Shown: positions 38,241 through 52,003 of the stretch, piece by piece
Numbering within the stretch: position 1 is the stretch's first letter
How the letters are laid out: the number at the start of each line of letters is the position of its first letter
DNA from: Octopus vulgaris
Lineage: Eukaryota
Reading direction: 5' to 3'
NCBI GenBank assembly: GCA_951406725.2
Contig: OX597826.1
Location: 13,082,001-13,146,000, forward strand
DNA length: 64,000 bases
Translations under genes and position numbers: made by a program
The notes under the pieces: model-generated
Database searches by the model: none
The model's input: the letters and a program-made list of their open reading frames with translations, nothing else
What the model was told of the DNA's origin: nothing

Positions 38241-38421
38241 TGCCTATCTGCATTATAAAAAAGGGATGCATCATAAGTAATGTGGTATTACTTTGATTAT
38301 GCCTTAAAAATAATGATGAAATGGCTATGGATGGAAATTCTTTGATTGTGTGTCAGCTCAGTCAGGGCTGACCAGATGCTTAACATTAAGAGTGACATCA
38401 TCATCATCTTTGAAGACAGCA

Positions 38422-38800
38422 TAGGAGTGGCTGTGTGGTAAGTAGCTTGTTTACTAACCACATGGTTCCGGGTTCAGTCCCACTGCGTGGCACCTTGGGT
38501 AACTGTCTTCTACTATTGTTTCAGGCCGACCAAAGCCTTTTGAGTGGATTTGGTAGACGGAAACTGAAAGAAGCCCGTCGTATATATGTATATATGTGTT
38601 TGCGTGTCTGTGTTTGTGTCCCCAACATCGCTTGACAACCGATGCTGGTGTGTTTACATCCCTGTAACTTAGCAGTTCAGCAAAAGAGACTGATAGAACA
38701 AGTACTAGGCTTCCAAAGAATAAGTCCTGGGGTCGATTTGCTCAACTAAAGGCGGTGCTCCAGCAGGGCCACAATCAAATGACTGAAACAAGTAAAATAG
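38422..38800 (+). mobile_element. SINE family B
   Basis: full-length copy. Confidence 0.85.
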
Positions 38801-39309
38801 TATAGCACATCATTTTGGTCTCAGCTTCCAGCGGCATTATTGTATACCAATCAAGCTGATATTGTGAAACTTAAAAGTTCTTTGTTTCTACCCTAATCCC
38901 TACTATCTTCTCATCTTTTACTTGTTTCACTCATGAAACTGTGGCCATACTGGGGCATTGCCTTCAACAATTTTAGTCAAATGAATTAATCCCAGTACTT
39001 ATTGTCTTAAACCTGGTATTTATTCCATCGGTCTCTTATACCGAACTGCTAAGTTATAGTGACATAAAGACACCAACATTGATTATCAAGTGGTGGGTAT
39101 GGGGGAAAATACAGACAGAAACACATGTTTCAGATTCCATCTGCCAAATCCACTCATAAGGCTTTGCTCAAGGTGCCATACAGTGGGACTGAAACTACAA
39201 ACATAAGATTGGGAAGCAGACTTCTTACCATGCAGCCATGACCGTTCCTAATGAGCTAAATGAAACTAAAAATAACGAACTCCTCCAGCTTTATATCCTC
39301 TTTTACTCT

Positions 39310-39544
39310 CTCTTTACTCTTTTACTTGTTTCAGTCATTTGACTGTGGCCATGCTGGAGCACCGCCTTTTAGTCGAGCAAATCGACCCCAAGACTTATTC
39401 TTTGGATGCCTAGTACATATTCTATCGGTCTCTTATGCCGAACCACTAAGCTACAGGGACGTAAACTCACCACCATCGGTTGTCAAGCGATGTTGGTGGG
39501 GACAAACACAGACACACAAACATATACACACACATACATACATA

Positions 39545-39591
<47 letters not shown>

Positions 39592-39870
39592 AGCCTGGTG
39601 CAGCCTCCTGGCTTCCAAGACCCCGGTCAAACCGTCCAACCCATGCTAGCATGGAAACGGACATTAAACGATGATGATGATGATTATGTATATATATATA
39701 TATATATATATATAACGGGCTTCTTTCAGTTTCCAAATCCACTCACAAGGCTTTGGTCGGCCCGAGGCTATAGTAGAAGACACTTGCCGAAGGTGCCACG
39801 CAGTGGGACTGAACCCGGAACCATGTGGTTTGTAAGCAAGCTACTTACCACACAACCACTCCCACGCCTA
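39310..39870 (-). mobile_element. SINE family B with RTE 3' end nested in its (TA)n
   Basis: RTE piece 39589-39685 flanked by TA repeats. Confidence 0.85.
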
Positions 39871-40220
39871 TCCCATAACTATACATATATCATTTAACTG
39901 TTGCATGACTAAGTTTCCTGTACCTCCGCCCAAGCCAAGCTTACCTACCAAACTGAAGAACTTTTATCCTTAGTTCCTATCTTTGCAAGTTTTACACAGT
40001 TAATGTTGAAAATTAAGGTCTTTAACTTGGTAGGTCTCAGTCTTGACTTTATGATCCTCCAGGGACCAAATTATAAATTATTGGTACATTTCACATAGAA
40101 AGCTAAAAAGAATTATGATTTAATCGTTTGATAGCAACCGGCCTAAAACCACCCCTGGTTCTATAATACAAACTTCCTGTTTTAAGGGATTTAAATTAAA
40201 ACCTTCCTTCAAATTTTCTT

Positions 40221-40267
<47 letters not shown>

Positions 40268-40562
40268 TATATATTATTAAAATTATAATTTAGGGTATCT
40301 ACGAGATACCGCCATGCTGAAAATAGCAGCCAAAATCTGACTCTGAGACCACATTAAATGTTCATACTGCACAAGTAGAGAAGACAAAAAGACAAAATAA
40401 AACTAGTAAAAAGTCTTCTCTCCTCGTAGATACCCTAAGTTATAATTTTAATAATAATTATTTCCTTTGAAGGTTTTTATTTCCATGCTAGCCACTTGAT
40501 AAGATCATTATTTAATTTAAATTAACAATCTTATCGTTATTTATATATACGTATACATACAT

Positions 40563-40610
<48 letters not shown>

Positions 40611-41382
40611 GTACACCAACTAATAAGGCAGTTAGCTGGTGGAATCATTAGCATGCTAAGCACATTGCTTAGCAGCATTTTGTCAATCTTTATGTTCTGA
40701 GTTCAAGTTCTACTGAGGTTGACTTTGCCTTTCATCCTTCCAGGGTCTATAAAATAAGTACCAGTCGAGTACTGAGGGGGGGGGGTCAATGTAATTGACT
40801 TATCCCCAACACTGAAATTGCTGGCCTTGTGTGAACATTTGAGAGTGACATATTTCCCAAATAGCTTGACATTGACAAAGATATTTTACTAAATTCTTCA
40901 TTGTTTTAAAAATTAGATACCTTCATGATGATGAAGGCTGTATATTTCTACAAAAAGATTAAAGTTAAAACTTTAGTAAAAAATTAGAAAGCTGTTTCTT
41001 CCCTTGTTTATTAATTGTCCTTTTGTATAATAAAGTTATAAATAACACATTTCTTCTTTCAAGTTCTTGACTAAGCATGAATTTCCTTTTTAGAAGAGGC
41101 ATACTGTATTTTTGCATGCTTTATGAGGTAGCCAAATGGGTTAAGCATAAAGAATAGCTTCTGAATAATACGGCCTCAAAAAGTCCTGTCCAATTTCTGC
41201 TAACTTGGAAAAGCAGACATATAAAAAAATAATGAGTGTGTGTGTCATATAAGTTTCTGCACCACATGTATATTTGCATATTGGGGTCAATGGGTGTCTG
41301 TATATCTTTACTAACATATATATGTGCATGTAAATGATTTGTATGCAAAAAGTCTACTTTGATAATATATACATATACAGGC

Positions 41383-41843
41383 ACAGGAGTCGCTGTGTGG
41401 TAAGTAGCTTGCTTACCAACCACATGGTTCCCGTTTCAGTCCCACTGCGTGACACCTTGAGCAAGTGTCTTGTACTATAGCCTCGCGCTGACCAAAGCCA
41501 TGTGAGTGGATTTGGTAGACTGAAACTGAAAGAAGCCCATCGTATATATCATCATCGTCCGTTTTCCATGCTAGCATGGGTTGGACGTATATATATATGT
41601 ATATATATATATGTATATATATATATATGTATGTGTATGTTTGTGTGTCTGTGATTGTCCCCCCAACATCGCTTGATGACTGATGCTGGTGTGTTTATGT
41701 CCCCGTAACTTAGCGGTTCGGCAAAAGAGACCAATAGCATAAGTACTAGGCTTATAAAGAATAAGTCCTGGGATCGATTTGCTCGACTAAAGGCGGTGCT
41801 CCAGCATGGCCGCAGTCATAAGACTGAAACAAGTAAAAAGAGT
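41383..41843 (+). mobile_element. SINE family B with tiny nested RTE end
   Basis: RTE piece about 41550-41587. Confidence 0.85.
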
Positions 41844-41983
41844 ATATGCATTGTATATGTGTCTATATTTCTTTGTCCAAGAAATGAGTGTTTGAGACCA
41901 TTAGTGTGACAGCTCCTCCTGTATGTATATGTAATAATTGTGTGTCTACTGTATAAATAATAATTATTTACTTCTTGTATCAG

Positions 41984-42062
41984 CCAAGCGGCCCTGGTGA
42001 TAAAACTGCTGGACAAATACACTATGAAAACCTTTGTATGAAGGCTGTAAATCAATCCATTG
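41984..42062 (+). CDS. DDX11: DDX11 exon 13
   Basis: tatcag|...|gtaaga; PSGPGDKTAGQIHYENLCMKAVNQSI(G). Confidence 0.97.
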
Positions 42063-43319
42063 GTAAGATAAATATTTTGATATTTACATATATATTCTAC
42101 TTTATATCATGGATATGTACAGGTGTGGCTATGTGGTTAAGATGCTTGCTTTCCAACCATGTGGTCTTAGGTTCAGGCCCACTGTGTGGCACCTTGGGCA
42201 AATGTCTCCTACTATAGACCTAGGCAGACAAAAGTCTGGTGAGTAGTTTTTGGTAGATGGAAACTGAACGAAGCCTATTTTATATGTATGTATATGTGTG
42301 TGTGTGTGTATATCTATTTATCTATAAATAAACTGACAAACAAATAGATAGATAGATAGATCAAATTTATAGAACACAAAAGACGAAGGCAGGTGTAGGA
42401 ACAACAAGCAGGTGTATTAGTTTAAAGCTCTGGAAGAATGGAAAAGTCTTTTACATTTCGAGCCTATGCTCTTTGACAGAAAGGATTAAGAGGTAAAAAA
42501 TGGAAAGAGAAAAATGTGCAGAGTTCAGTGGTCCATATGTAATATGTTTGTGTTTAGAGTTCACAGATGAGATCTCCCTTCTGATTCTTCAAATCTATAA
42601 TTTAAGTAAGTTTGCTGTATTAATATATAAATATATATATGTAAAAAGCACCCACTACACTCTCGGAGTGGTTGGCGTAAGGAAGGGCATCCAGCTGTAA
42701 GAAACTCTGCCAGATCAAGACTGGAGCCTGGTGCAGCCATCTGGTTTGCCAGTCCTCAGTCAAATCGTCCAACCCATGCCAGCATAGAAAATGGACGTTA
42801 AATGATGATGATATATATATATATATATTTATTTATATTTGAATGATAATCATCTGAAAATCTTTCAGTCTCTGCCTTTTCTTTATTCACATGTATAGAT
42901 GTATTTATATGCTGTATACGAAACCCAAGAAGTTTTATGTTTATTTGCTTCACCGGTGGCACGTAAAAAGCACCCACTACACTCTCGGAGTGGTTGGTGT
43001 TAGGAAGGGCATCCAGCTGTAGAAACTCTGCCAGATCGAGATTGGAGCTTGGTGCGGCTGTCAGGTTCGCCAGCCCTCGGTCAAAATCGTCCAACCCATG
43101 CTAGCATGGAAAGCGGATGTTAAACAATGATGACGATGATGATGTCTTTATATATAGGTGTTTGTGCGTGTACCCTCGACTTGATATTGCATGATGGTTG
43201 TAAACAAGCATCATCGTCATGCAAGTGATGTTGTTTATTTCTAATCTTCTGTGGAAAATATGTTTAGCCAGGGGGAAATATTACCTTGCTTGGAAACAGG
43301 TGAGGGTTATTTGAAGAGA

Positions 43320-44030
43320 AGTTAGGTGTTAGTAATACATAGCAGAGGGGAAAAGTGAAAGTAAAAGGTGTTCTGCAGCAAGAGCATCAGGGGTATGAGG
43401 TATTCTGGCTTGCAAAGTAATGTGTCTGTGCAAGACCAAGGTTTACAGGATGATAGTGGCATACTTGCCATCAGTGACACTGAGAAAGAATTAGGAAAAT
43501 GCTACAAGAGATTGCAGAATGTGGATAATGATTGGGTGAGATAGGGATTACTAAGTAAACCCATCAGTGGGACAAGCTATTGAAGTTGACTTCTATGTGG
43601 TTATTTTGGGACTTTTAAGGATGTGAAGACAGGGGAAATAGCTGAAATATCAGGGATGGGTGCTGAGATTCTGAAAATATCTGGTAAAGTAGGACAAGCA
43701 CTTGTCATTTACATAGAGAAGCAGGGAGTACGGTGAAGTGTCTTATCCTAGGACTGGCATAGCAGTATCATCATCAACCACTGCAAAGGTAAAGCAGATG
43801 TTCTAAAAAAAAAAGGGACTACAGAAGCATCAAATTGATGGATCAGGTTCTGAAAGTAACAGAAGAAAGTTATAACACAAATGATTAGGGAGAGAATTGG
43901 TTTAGTTACAGTTGAGGTTTTCGCTGGTGACAGGTCACTACTGTTACTCTTTTCTTACTGAGACAACTGCCGAGCAAGTCTTTGACAAGGTCTCATGCTC
44001 TTTAGTCTGGTGATCTCTAAGAAAACTGGC
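43320..44030 (+). mobile_element. old degenerate RTE RT fragment
   Basis: homologous to about 25250-25960 (KGKAD, YRSIKLMDQVLKVTE) with stops and frameshifts. Confidence 0.75.
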
Positions 44031-44544
44031 CAATAGAACAAGTGCCAGGCTTTAGAAAAAAACAACTGCAGTTGTCATGAGAATCTATGAGTGGTGGTGC
44101 CCCAGCATGGCCGCGACCTTCGGGTTAAACATTTTTAAGGATTTAAGGATATAGAAACCGATTAGACAGTGGAGCAAATATATGTCTAGACACTGGCTGT
44201 CACATTGCACCCGCTATTGTTTACCACTGCTTGCTGGAGTATGCAGGATGTTCTTCAGTCAGAGGGTAACTGGAGCAACTAATATGTGGGTTTCACCTAG
44301 TCGTTCACCCAGCTAACTGCGTAGCCATTGTTGCTGCTCAATAAGGGCTCTGACCTGGGGGCTTGCATAGCAAAAAATATGATAATGCAGGGCAGTTGCA
44401 GCAAGGGACCCCATGCATAATAATTGACTTGCAAGGTGATTGAAGTGTTTAGTTTGTATAGGGATTTTGACGGGTGTTAATGTTGAAGGTTTTTAAGATG
44501 GTTGGCGGGGGTTAAGTGAATGGCAAAGAATTCAAAAGGAGCTA

Positions 44545-44765
44545 GAGTGGGTGATGGTGACAGTGGTGACAGCAGTGAAGGTGGAAGTGGTGGTGGTAGT
44601 GGTGGTGACAGCTGCTATGGTGATGATGGTAGCAGTGGCGTGGTGGTGGTGGTGACTAGTGGTGGTAGTGGTGATAGTAGCGGTGATGGTGACAGTGGTG
44701 GTGGTGGTGGTGGTGGTGGTGGTGACAGTGGCGGTGGTGGTGGTGATAGTGGTGGTGGTGGTGGT
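44545..44765. repeat. (GGT)n-rich simple repeat
   Basis: direct reading. Confidence 0.9.
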
Positions 44766-45079
44766 GTTTGTACATAGTTTTTGAGAGGTCTGAAATGGAA
44801 TTCTTGTTTTTGGTAGATGGTAGGTGGTGGTAGATGGTAGTGGTAGGTGGTGATGATATGGAATGTCTGCAGATTGGGGTTATCACAAAAGAAAAGAAAT
44901 AATTTGCATCGTAAAAAACAAAAAAAAATGGTACCCCCAGCTCCTTATGGAATGGCGTAAGTGTTATTGCATAGACATATCATTATATGTCTGTGTGCAT
45001 TGTTGCATAGTTCTGTCTGTTTGTCTATGTCACTGGGTTTTGCCTTTTTTTTTTCTTTGTTTTATTTGTGTCATACGAA

Positions 45080-45297
45080 TGTGTGTGTGTGTGTGTGTGT
45101 GTTTGTGTGTGTCTGCGTGTCTTCTTTCTGTCATGAATGCATGTGTGTGTGTGCGTGTCTGTGTGTGTCTGTGTGTGTGTGTGTGTGTGTGCGTGTGTGT
45201 GTGTGTGTATGTCTGTGTGTGTGTGCATGTGTCTGTGTGTGCGTGTGTCTGTGTGTACGTGTGTATGTCTGTGTGTGTGTGTGTGTGTCTGTGTGTC
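45080..45297. repeat. (GT)n microsatellite
   Basis: direct reading. Confidence 0.95.
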
Positions 45298-46071
45298 TTT
45301 GGTGCTTGAAGTGATAGCAGCAGATGTTTGGTCTGCAGAGCTTTATCTTCTGTTTATAACATTAGGAGTAGAGAGAGAGGCAGGAGAGAGAGAGAGGATT
45401 ATGTGTGTGTGTGGATGTGGATGGGTGAGGGAGGGGTATGGAGGGTGTGAGAAAAAAGGGGATGGGACAAGAGTGTGTTTGTATACTTGTATGACAGAGA
45501 GGAGATAAGTAGAAGGTACAAGAAAAGAGGGGGTCAAGAGCCTCTCAATGTGTGTGTGTGTGTGAAAGGGGGGGAGGAGAGATGCGAAGAGTGTGAGAAC
45601 TGCGGGGTGGGGGTGGGGGGGGGCGCGAAATAGGTGGGGTTAAGGGGTGTGAGAGAAAAAGTGTGCGGGGAGGGCAAGAAAGGGTGTTTATGTGTGTGTG
45701 TGTGTATGTGTTTGTGTCTGTTGGTGATCTAGACAGAGAAATAGTAAACAGGGTGCAGAAAGTAGAACCCCAAACCTCCGACATTTGTTCTTTAATTAAT
45801 ACCACTTTAAAGAATCTCTGTCTGTTTTGTTCTAGTCTCTTGTAGTTCCAGTCAGCGCTGCTCCTCGTGATACCCACCACTGCTCCTGTCTGCTTGGCTG
45901 GTTGGATGGCTGGCCCCTTGTCTAATACCTTCCACCCGTTCATTTTTGATAGCAATAATTTCATTATGGCAGCAATTGTTTAACCCCAGGTCAGCCCTTA
46001 TCCAGTAAACCCATAATCAAAGATGTTTTAACCATGACCTGCCTCCTTAAACATTCAGATTACATTCAGAT

Positions 46072-46374
46072 TATTGTTTGTTCTTTCTCGAGCCACGCCT
46101 GGCTCATAAGGGCCGGTATCCCGGTTTCCTTGGTGTATAGGTTCCCCACCTGGATGGGATGCCGGTCCGTTGCAGGTGAGCTGCAAGATGCAGGAGGAAA
46201 AAGTGAGAGAAAGTTGTGGCGAAAGAGTTAGCAGAAGTTCGCCATTACCTTCTGCCGGAGTCACGTGGAGCTTAGGTGTTTCGCTCATAAACACACACAT
46301 CGCCTGGTCTAAGATTCGAACCCACGATCCCTCGGCTGCAAGTCCACTGCTCTAACCACTAGGCCATGTGCCTC
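46072..46374 (-). mobile_element. tRNA-headed SINE family C (V/Meta-like central motif)
   Basis: minus strand ggcacatggcctagtggttag..ggttcgaatc..gaccggcatcccatccagg..gaaaccggga; partial sister at 6430-6600. Confidence 0.75.
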
Positions 46375-46910
46375 TCTGACCAATACAATGCTTATTTATT
46401 TACATTCACTTTATTTTGAACTAATCATGTATAATCTTGTAGCTCTGAGATTTCAGTGATGAGGCTGTATATTTTTAGGATGATATTGTTGGGTGTATAA
46501 GAGGCCAGATCTGGTTGGTGTGACCATCATCATCGTTTAACATCCGCTTTCCATGCTAGCATGGGTCGGATGATTTGACTGAGGACTGGTGAACCAGATG
46601 GCTGCACCAGGCTCCAATTTGATCTGGCAGAGTTTCTACAGCTGGATGCTCTTCCTAATAAAAGAATTAAAATATCTGGGCTGGATAAGGCTGGTTTAAA
46701 TGCTGAAGGGCTTAAGGTATCTTGGACTACCTTATCTGATGTAACTTTCCTCCTTTTGAAACAAATTTTAGGTGTGATTTGAGCAAAATTTAGCTGCTAT
46801 TTCTAGGACATTGATCCATCATTTAAAATCATGTAGGATAATCACTCAAGACAGTGGTGGATGGTGATTGTGATGATGAGAGCAGGAGATGGTGGTGGTA
46901 GTGCCAGTTA

Positions 46911-47142
46911 AGGCGGCGAGCTGGCAGAAACGTTAGCACGCCGGGCGAAATGCTTAGCGGTATTTCGTCTGCCGCCACGTTCTGAGTTCAAATTCCGCCG
47001 AGGTCTGCTTTGCCTTTCATCCTTTCGGGGTCAGTTAAATAAGTACCAATTACGCACTGCGGTCGATATAATTGATTTAATCCCTTTGTCTGTCCTTGTT
47101 TGTCCTCTCTGTGTTTAGCCCCTTGTGGGTAGTAAAGAAATA
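46911..47142 (+). mobile_element. SINE family A
   Basis: TSD ggtagtgccagtta. Confidence 0.9.
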
Positions 47143-48313
47143 GGTAGTGCCAGTTACATTGATAGTCTTAGTGGTGCAATAATTGATAAAAGTTAACACT
47201 CTTTGAAGGTGTCATAGACAGAGTAATAGTTATCATTGTGGGATAAGTAGTGGTGGTAGCGGTGGTGACAGTTGTTATTTATCCCACAGGTCAGTTCTGG
47301 TTGAAACAACCTATGCTTATATTATATGATGCAATGAAAGGCATTCTAGCTTTGATCATCTTGTCTTATTTTCCAGCATTTTGTATCATGGTTGACATCT
47401 AATGTTTTGTGAGGTTTTTTTTATGGTATGGTGTAATTTGAGTGAATTTTGACACTATTTATAACAAGTTGAGTGACCATGTTGAGGTTTCCTCATCAGG
47501 TTATCTAATCTTATGTGTTTTGGGGGTTTTGAATTTTTGATGGTATTGTGGGAGTTGAGAAAATTTGGCTGTTATTTCTAGCAAGCTGATTGACCTTTTT
47601 TTTTTGTTTCAGTCATTGGACCGTAGCCATTTTGGGGCACCATCTTGAAGGGTTTTGTCAAACAAATCACTCCCAGAACTTATCATCATCATCATCATCA
47701 TCATTTAACATCCTATGCTAGCATAGGTTGGACGATTTAACTGAGGACTGGCAAACCAGATGGCTGCACTAGGTTCCTTCTTGATCTAGCAGGGTTTCTA
47801 CAGCTGGATGCCCTTCCTAATGCCAACCGCTCCGAGAGTGTAGTGGGTGCTTTTACATGCCACCGGCACGAGGGCCAGTCAGGCGGTACTGGCAACAACC
47901 ACGCTCAAATGGTGTTTTTTATGTGTCACCTACACAGGAGCCAGTCCAGCAGCACTGGCAACAAATGTAGTACTTCTGTTGGTCTCTTTTGTTGAACCAC
48001 TAAGTTACATGGATGTAAACAAACCAATGTCGATTCCATATCATCATCATTGTCATCATCATCGTCATTTCTTGAATTTCATTTTCTATGCTGGCATGGA
48101 TTGGACGGTTTGACCAGAGCTGATCAGCAGAAGAGCTTCACGAGGTTCCAGTCCGATATGTCATGGTTTCTACAGCTGGATGCCCATGTTAATGCCAACA
48201 CTTTACAGAGTGTACTGGGTCCTTTCTACGTGGCACTGGCTTGGGTGCTTCTACATGATGTTGGCACATGGCTCTTACAAGCAATTCATCTTTAATAAGG
48301 GGAGCGGCATTAA

Positions 48314-48701
48314 TGAGTGGAGGCGCAATGCCCAATGGTTAGGGCAACGGACTCGCAGTTGAAGGATTGCGGTTTCGATTCCCAGACCGGGCATTGTGTG
48401 TGTTTATTCAGTGAAAACACCTAAAGCTCGACAAGGCTCCGGCAGGGGGTGGTGGCGACCCCTGTTGTACTCTTTCACTCCAACTTTCTCTCACTCTTTC
48501 TTCCTGTTTCTTGTCCCCGACTTCCTACGCAACCGCTGAGCCTGGATGCGCATTCACCCATCCGTCGATGCTCTCGGTGTCGGGGATTGACCTGCTTTCT
48601 CTTCTGCGGGTCTTATGAATAGCAAAGGACCACGTTTCGGACTTCTCCCACTACAGAGACGCGATCTTGCAAGCTCTGGGACGAAGACCGCTTCGCTCAA
48701 C
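48314..48701 (+). mobile_element. SINE with family C head and a different tail
   Basis: A/B boxes; TSD agc(g/a)gcattaa. Confidence 0.7.
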
Positions 48702-48714
48702 AGCAGCATTAACA

Positions 48715-48940
48715 CTTTTGCTAGGTCTTCTTGTATACAGTAAGGTACCAGATATCTTGGTCTTTCATCATCTCTTTCCATGAGTGTCAGTGTCTTGAGA
48801 ATGTCCTTCAGTACTTCATCCCAAGTCTTCCTCGGTCTCCCTCTTCCATGTGTTCCATCCACTTTGAGTGATCGGCGCTTCTATATGGGGCTCTCTATAC
48901 CCATCTACATCACATGACCAAACCACTACAGTCTTCTCTC
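48715..48940 (-). mobile_element. RTE ORF C-terminal fragment
   Basis: GTHGRGRPRKTWDEVLK. Confidence 0.8.
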
Positions 48941-48949
48941 TTACTTACT

Positions 48950-49166
48950 ACTCTTTTACTTGTTTCAGTCATTTGACTGTGGCCATGCTGGAGCACGGCC
49001 TCTAGTCGAGCAAATCGACCCCAGAACTTATTCTTTGTAAGCTTAGTACTTATTCTATCGGTCTCTTTTGCCGAACTGCTAAGTTACAGCAACGTAAACA
49101 CACCAGCATCGGTTGTCAAGTGATGTTGGGGGGGACAAACACAGACACACAACCATATACACACAC

Positions 49167-49197
<31 letters not shown>

Positions 49198-49365
49198 TAC
49201 ATATATACGACGAGCTTCTTTCAGTTTCCATCTACCAAATCCACTCACAAGGCTTTGGTCAGCCCGAGGCTGTAGTAGAAGACACTTGCCCAAGGTGTCA
49301 TGCAGTGGGACTGAACCCATAACCATGTGGTTGGTAAACAAGCTACTTACCACACAGCTACTCCT
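48950..49365 (-). mobile_element. SINE family B
   Basis: full-length reverse copy. Confidence 0.85.
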
Positions 49366-50071
49366 ACACCTAATACTGCATCTAATTCCACTTATACAGC
49401 TGCTATACTGAGTGTACCAAGTACAATTTTTGTGGACTCCAGCACTAGTGGGGTCACTCAGTAATATGCAAGATAAGACTTCTTCATAGAGTGAAAGCGC
49501 AGTGTTGAGAGAGGTGGATTGTACCAGGTGTCGAGAGGCTAAAGTAGGAAAGAGGGGCTGGAATAGGGGTCTTCCTGTAGTGGAAATATATGTGCACCTG
49601 AGCAGGAAAAGGAGACAGGGATAGTGGAGATGACTTATCAGGGCATACCTTCAAGGTGCATAGAGAAAGAATAGGAATGGGGGTCGAAAATTAAGGATGG
49701 TTTTGTGGCTAAGTGAAGGATACAGTGAATGTTGATGGAATTGAGAAGCCTACAGAAAAGTGTTTGGACTAAAGAATTGGATATGCTTTTTCTTGCTGAA
49801 TTTAAACCCAGCAGTCAGTTTCTGTCATTACATTTGAAAATATTTCATAGAACTTTTGACAGGGCTTCAATGCAGTCACTTAGTTTGCTAGAAGTACATG
49901 ATTTGTCTCAAATCACATCCTACAGTCTAATAAAGGGACACATTTAAAACTGTCATCATAGTTACACTGAAAGACTGGATGGTCATGGATGGGATGCTTT
50001 TGATAATAGATCTGCTCAATCTGGGGTTATGCTATAAAGTAATATTCTGTTTTACTTCATGTTCTCTACAG

Positions 50072-50223
50072 GTCGTGCCATTCGTCATCAAAATGACTAC
50101 GCAACTGTCCTGCTTTTAGACAAACGCTATCAAAAACCAAGTGTGGCTGCCAAACTGCCCGGGTGGATACAAAAAGATGTGAAGAACAAAAACTTTGGTC
50201 CAGCTGTTGCGGCTATATCAAAG
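50072..50223 (+). CDS. DDX11: DDX11 exon 14 (motif VI)
   Basis: ctacag|...|gtatgt; [51 protein letters not shown]. Confidence 0.97.
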
Positions 50224-50413
50224 GTATGTTTCTTTCCATGTGTTCTTGGACATCCTATTGTGTTGAGAACAATAGAGGATTAATAGTTGAAGCGTGGTGT
50301 TGTAATTTTCTTACCAGACGCCATAAAGAAAGTTGGTTTCACAGCAGTTGTAATTTAAAATATAATCAAAGTTCTCTCTCTTTCTCTCCCTCCTCTTTCT
50401 TTATCTCTTCCCT

Positions 50414-50414
<1 letters not shown>

Positions 50415-50449
<35 letters not shown>

Positions 50450-50763
50450 TGTGTGTGTATATATATATATATATATACGTATGTATATATGTGTGTGTAT
50501 ATATATAAGTTTGTGTATGTATGTATATATATATATATATATAAATGTGTGTATATATGTATATCTATGTATGTGTGTGTATATATATATTATGTGTGCA
50601 TATATATATGTGTGTGTGTATGTATATGTGTGTGTGTGTATATATGTATATGTATGTATATATATATATATGTGTGTGTGTATGTATATATATATATGTA
50701 TGTATGTGTGTGTATATATATATGCATATATATGTGTACGTGTATATGTATGTGTGTGTGTGT

Positions 50764-50794
<31 letters not shown>

Positions 50795-50820
50795 TATGTG
50801 TATGTATGTATGTATGTATA
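50415..50820. repeat. mixed (TA)/(TG) microsatellite
   Basis: direct reading. Confidence 0.95.
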
Positions 50821-51249
50821 AAACTATAAGGCACATCACATCTGTCCAACATATTACAAGAAGGTAAATGAAGCCAAACTTTCAGAATTCATTTCACATT
50901 CATTTAAAAGCACCATTTTCATTAAATGTCTGGATATCAAACGAATTTTTCATAACTGCTTGCTTGTCTTTAATATAATAAATATTAAGTTTCCAAATAT
51001 GCTGATTATCCTGTGGAATTTCCATAGTCCTGCTCGTTATCATTATTGCTATAATTATCTCTAGATTGCTGAACTTTATTGATATTGATCTAGGTTTGGC
51101 TGTGTGATAAGAAGCTTGCTTCCCAACCACATGGTTCCAGGTTCTATCCCATTGCATGGCACCTTGGGCAATTGTCTTCTACTATAGCCTCGGGCCAACC
51201 GAAACCTTGTGAGTGGATTTGGTAGATGGAATCTGAAAGAAGCCTTTTG

Positions 51250-52003
51250 TATGACCTCAGAGCGTTGGGCCTCACTGAGGCAATGGCGAAGGACCAAGAT
51301 CTCTGGAGATATGCTGTGACTGCAAAGACCCGGGCTGCTTCCTGCATCAGTTCCGCTTAGCCCCTGCCCATTCAAAGTACCCCGGATCCCAGAACGTCCC
51401 GCTGTGCTTGAGGAGACCTGTTGAGTCAAGTACATGAACATGAACGTCGAAATAAATATCAATGGAAATAGTAGTGATGCCTGTGCCGGTGGCACATAAA
51501 AAGCACTATCCGAACGTGGCTGATGCCAGCACCGCCCCGACTGGCTTCTGTGCCGGTGGCACATAAAAAGCACCATCCGAACGTGGCCGATGCCAGCGCC
51601 GCCCCGACTGGCTCCTGTGTGCCGGTGGCACATAAAAAGCACTATCCGAACGTGGCCGATGCCAGCGCCACCCCGACTGGCTCCTGTGCCGGTGGCACAT
51701 AAAAAGACCATCCGAACGTTGCCAGCGCCGCCTTGGCTGGCTTCCGTGCCGCTGGCACGTTAAAAGCTCCTACCGATCGTGACCGATGCCGGACCCCCCC
51801 TGGCACCTGTGCAGGTGGCACGTAAAAAGCACCCACTACACTCGCGGAGTGGTTGGCGTTAGGAAGGGCATCCAGCCGTAGAAACTCTGCCAGATCAGAC
51901 TGGAGCCTGGAGCAGCCCCTGGCTTCCCAGACCCCGGTCGAACCGTCCAACCCGTGCTAGCGCGGAAAACGGACGTTAAACGATGATGATGATGATGATG
52001 ATG
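51250..52003 (+). mobile_element. 5'-truncated RTE with tandem array of about 60-bp UTR units
   Basis: DLRALGLTEAMAKDQDLW ORF end; six gtgc-nggtg-gcac-taaaaag units 51480-51835; (GAT)n tail. Confidence 0.88.

Noticed and set aside
44520-44886. Gly-rich and His-rich ORFs
   Set aside because: (GGT)n simple repeat inside an intron; no splice support.
46300-46374. tRNA genes at the tRNA-like heads
   Set aside because: A/B boxes run directly into SINE bodies; no complete cloverleaf with terminator.
51480-51835. CRISPR-like regular repeat array
   Set aside because: Eukaryotic DNA; the spacers are homologous to each other and lie within an RTE UTR.
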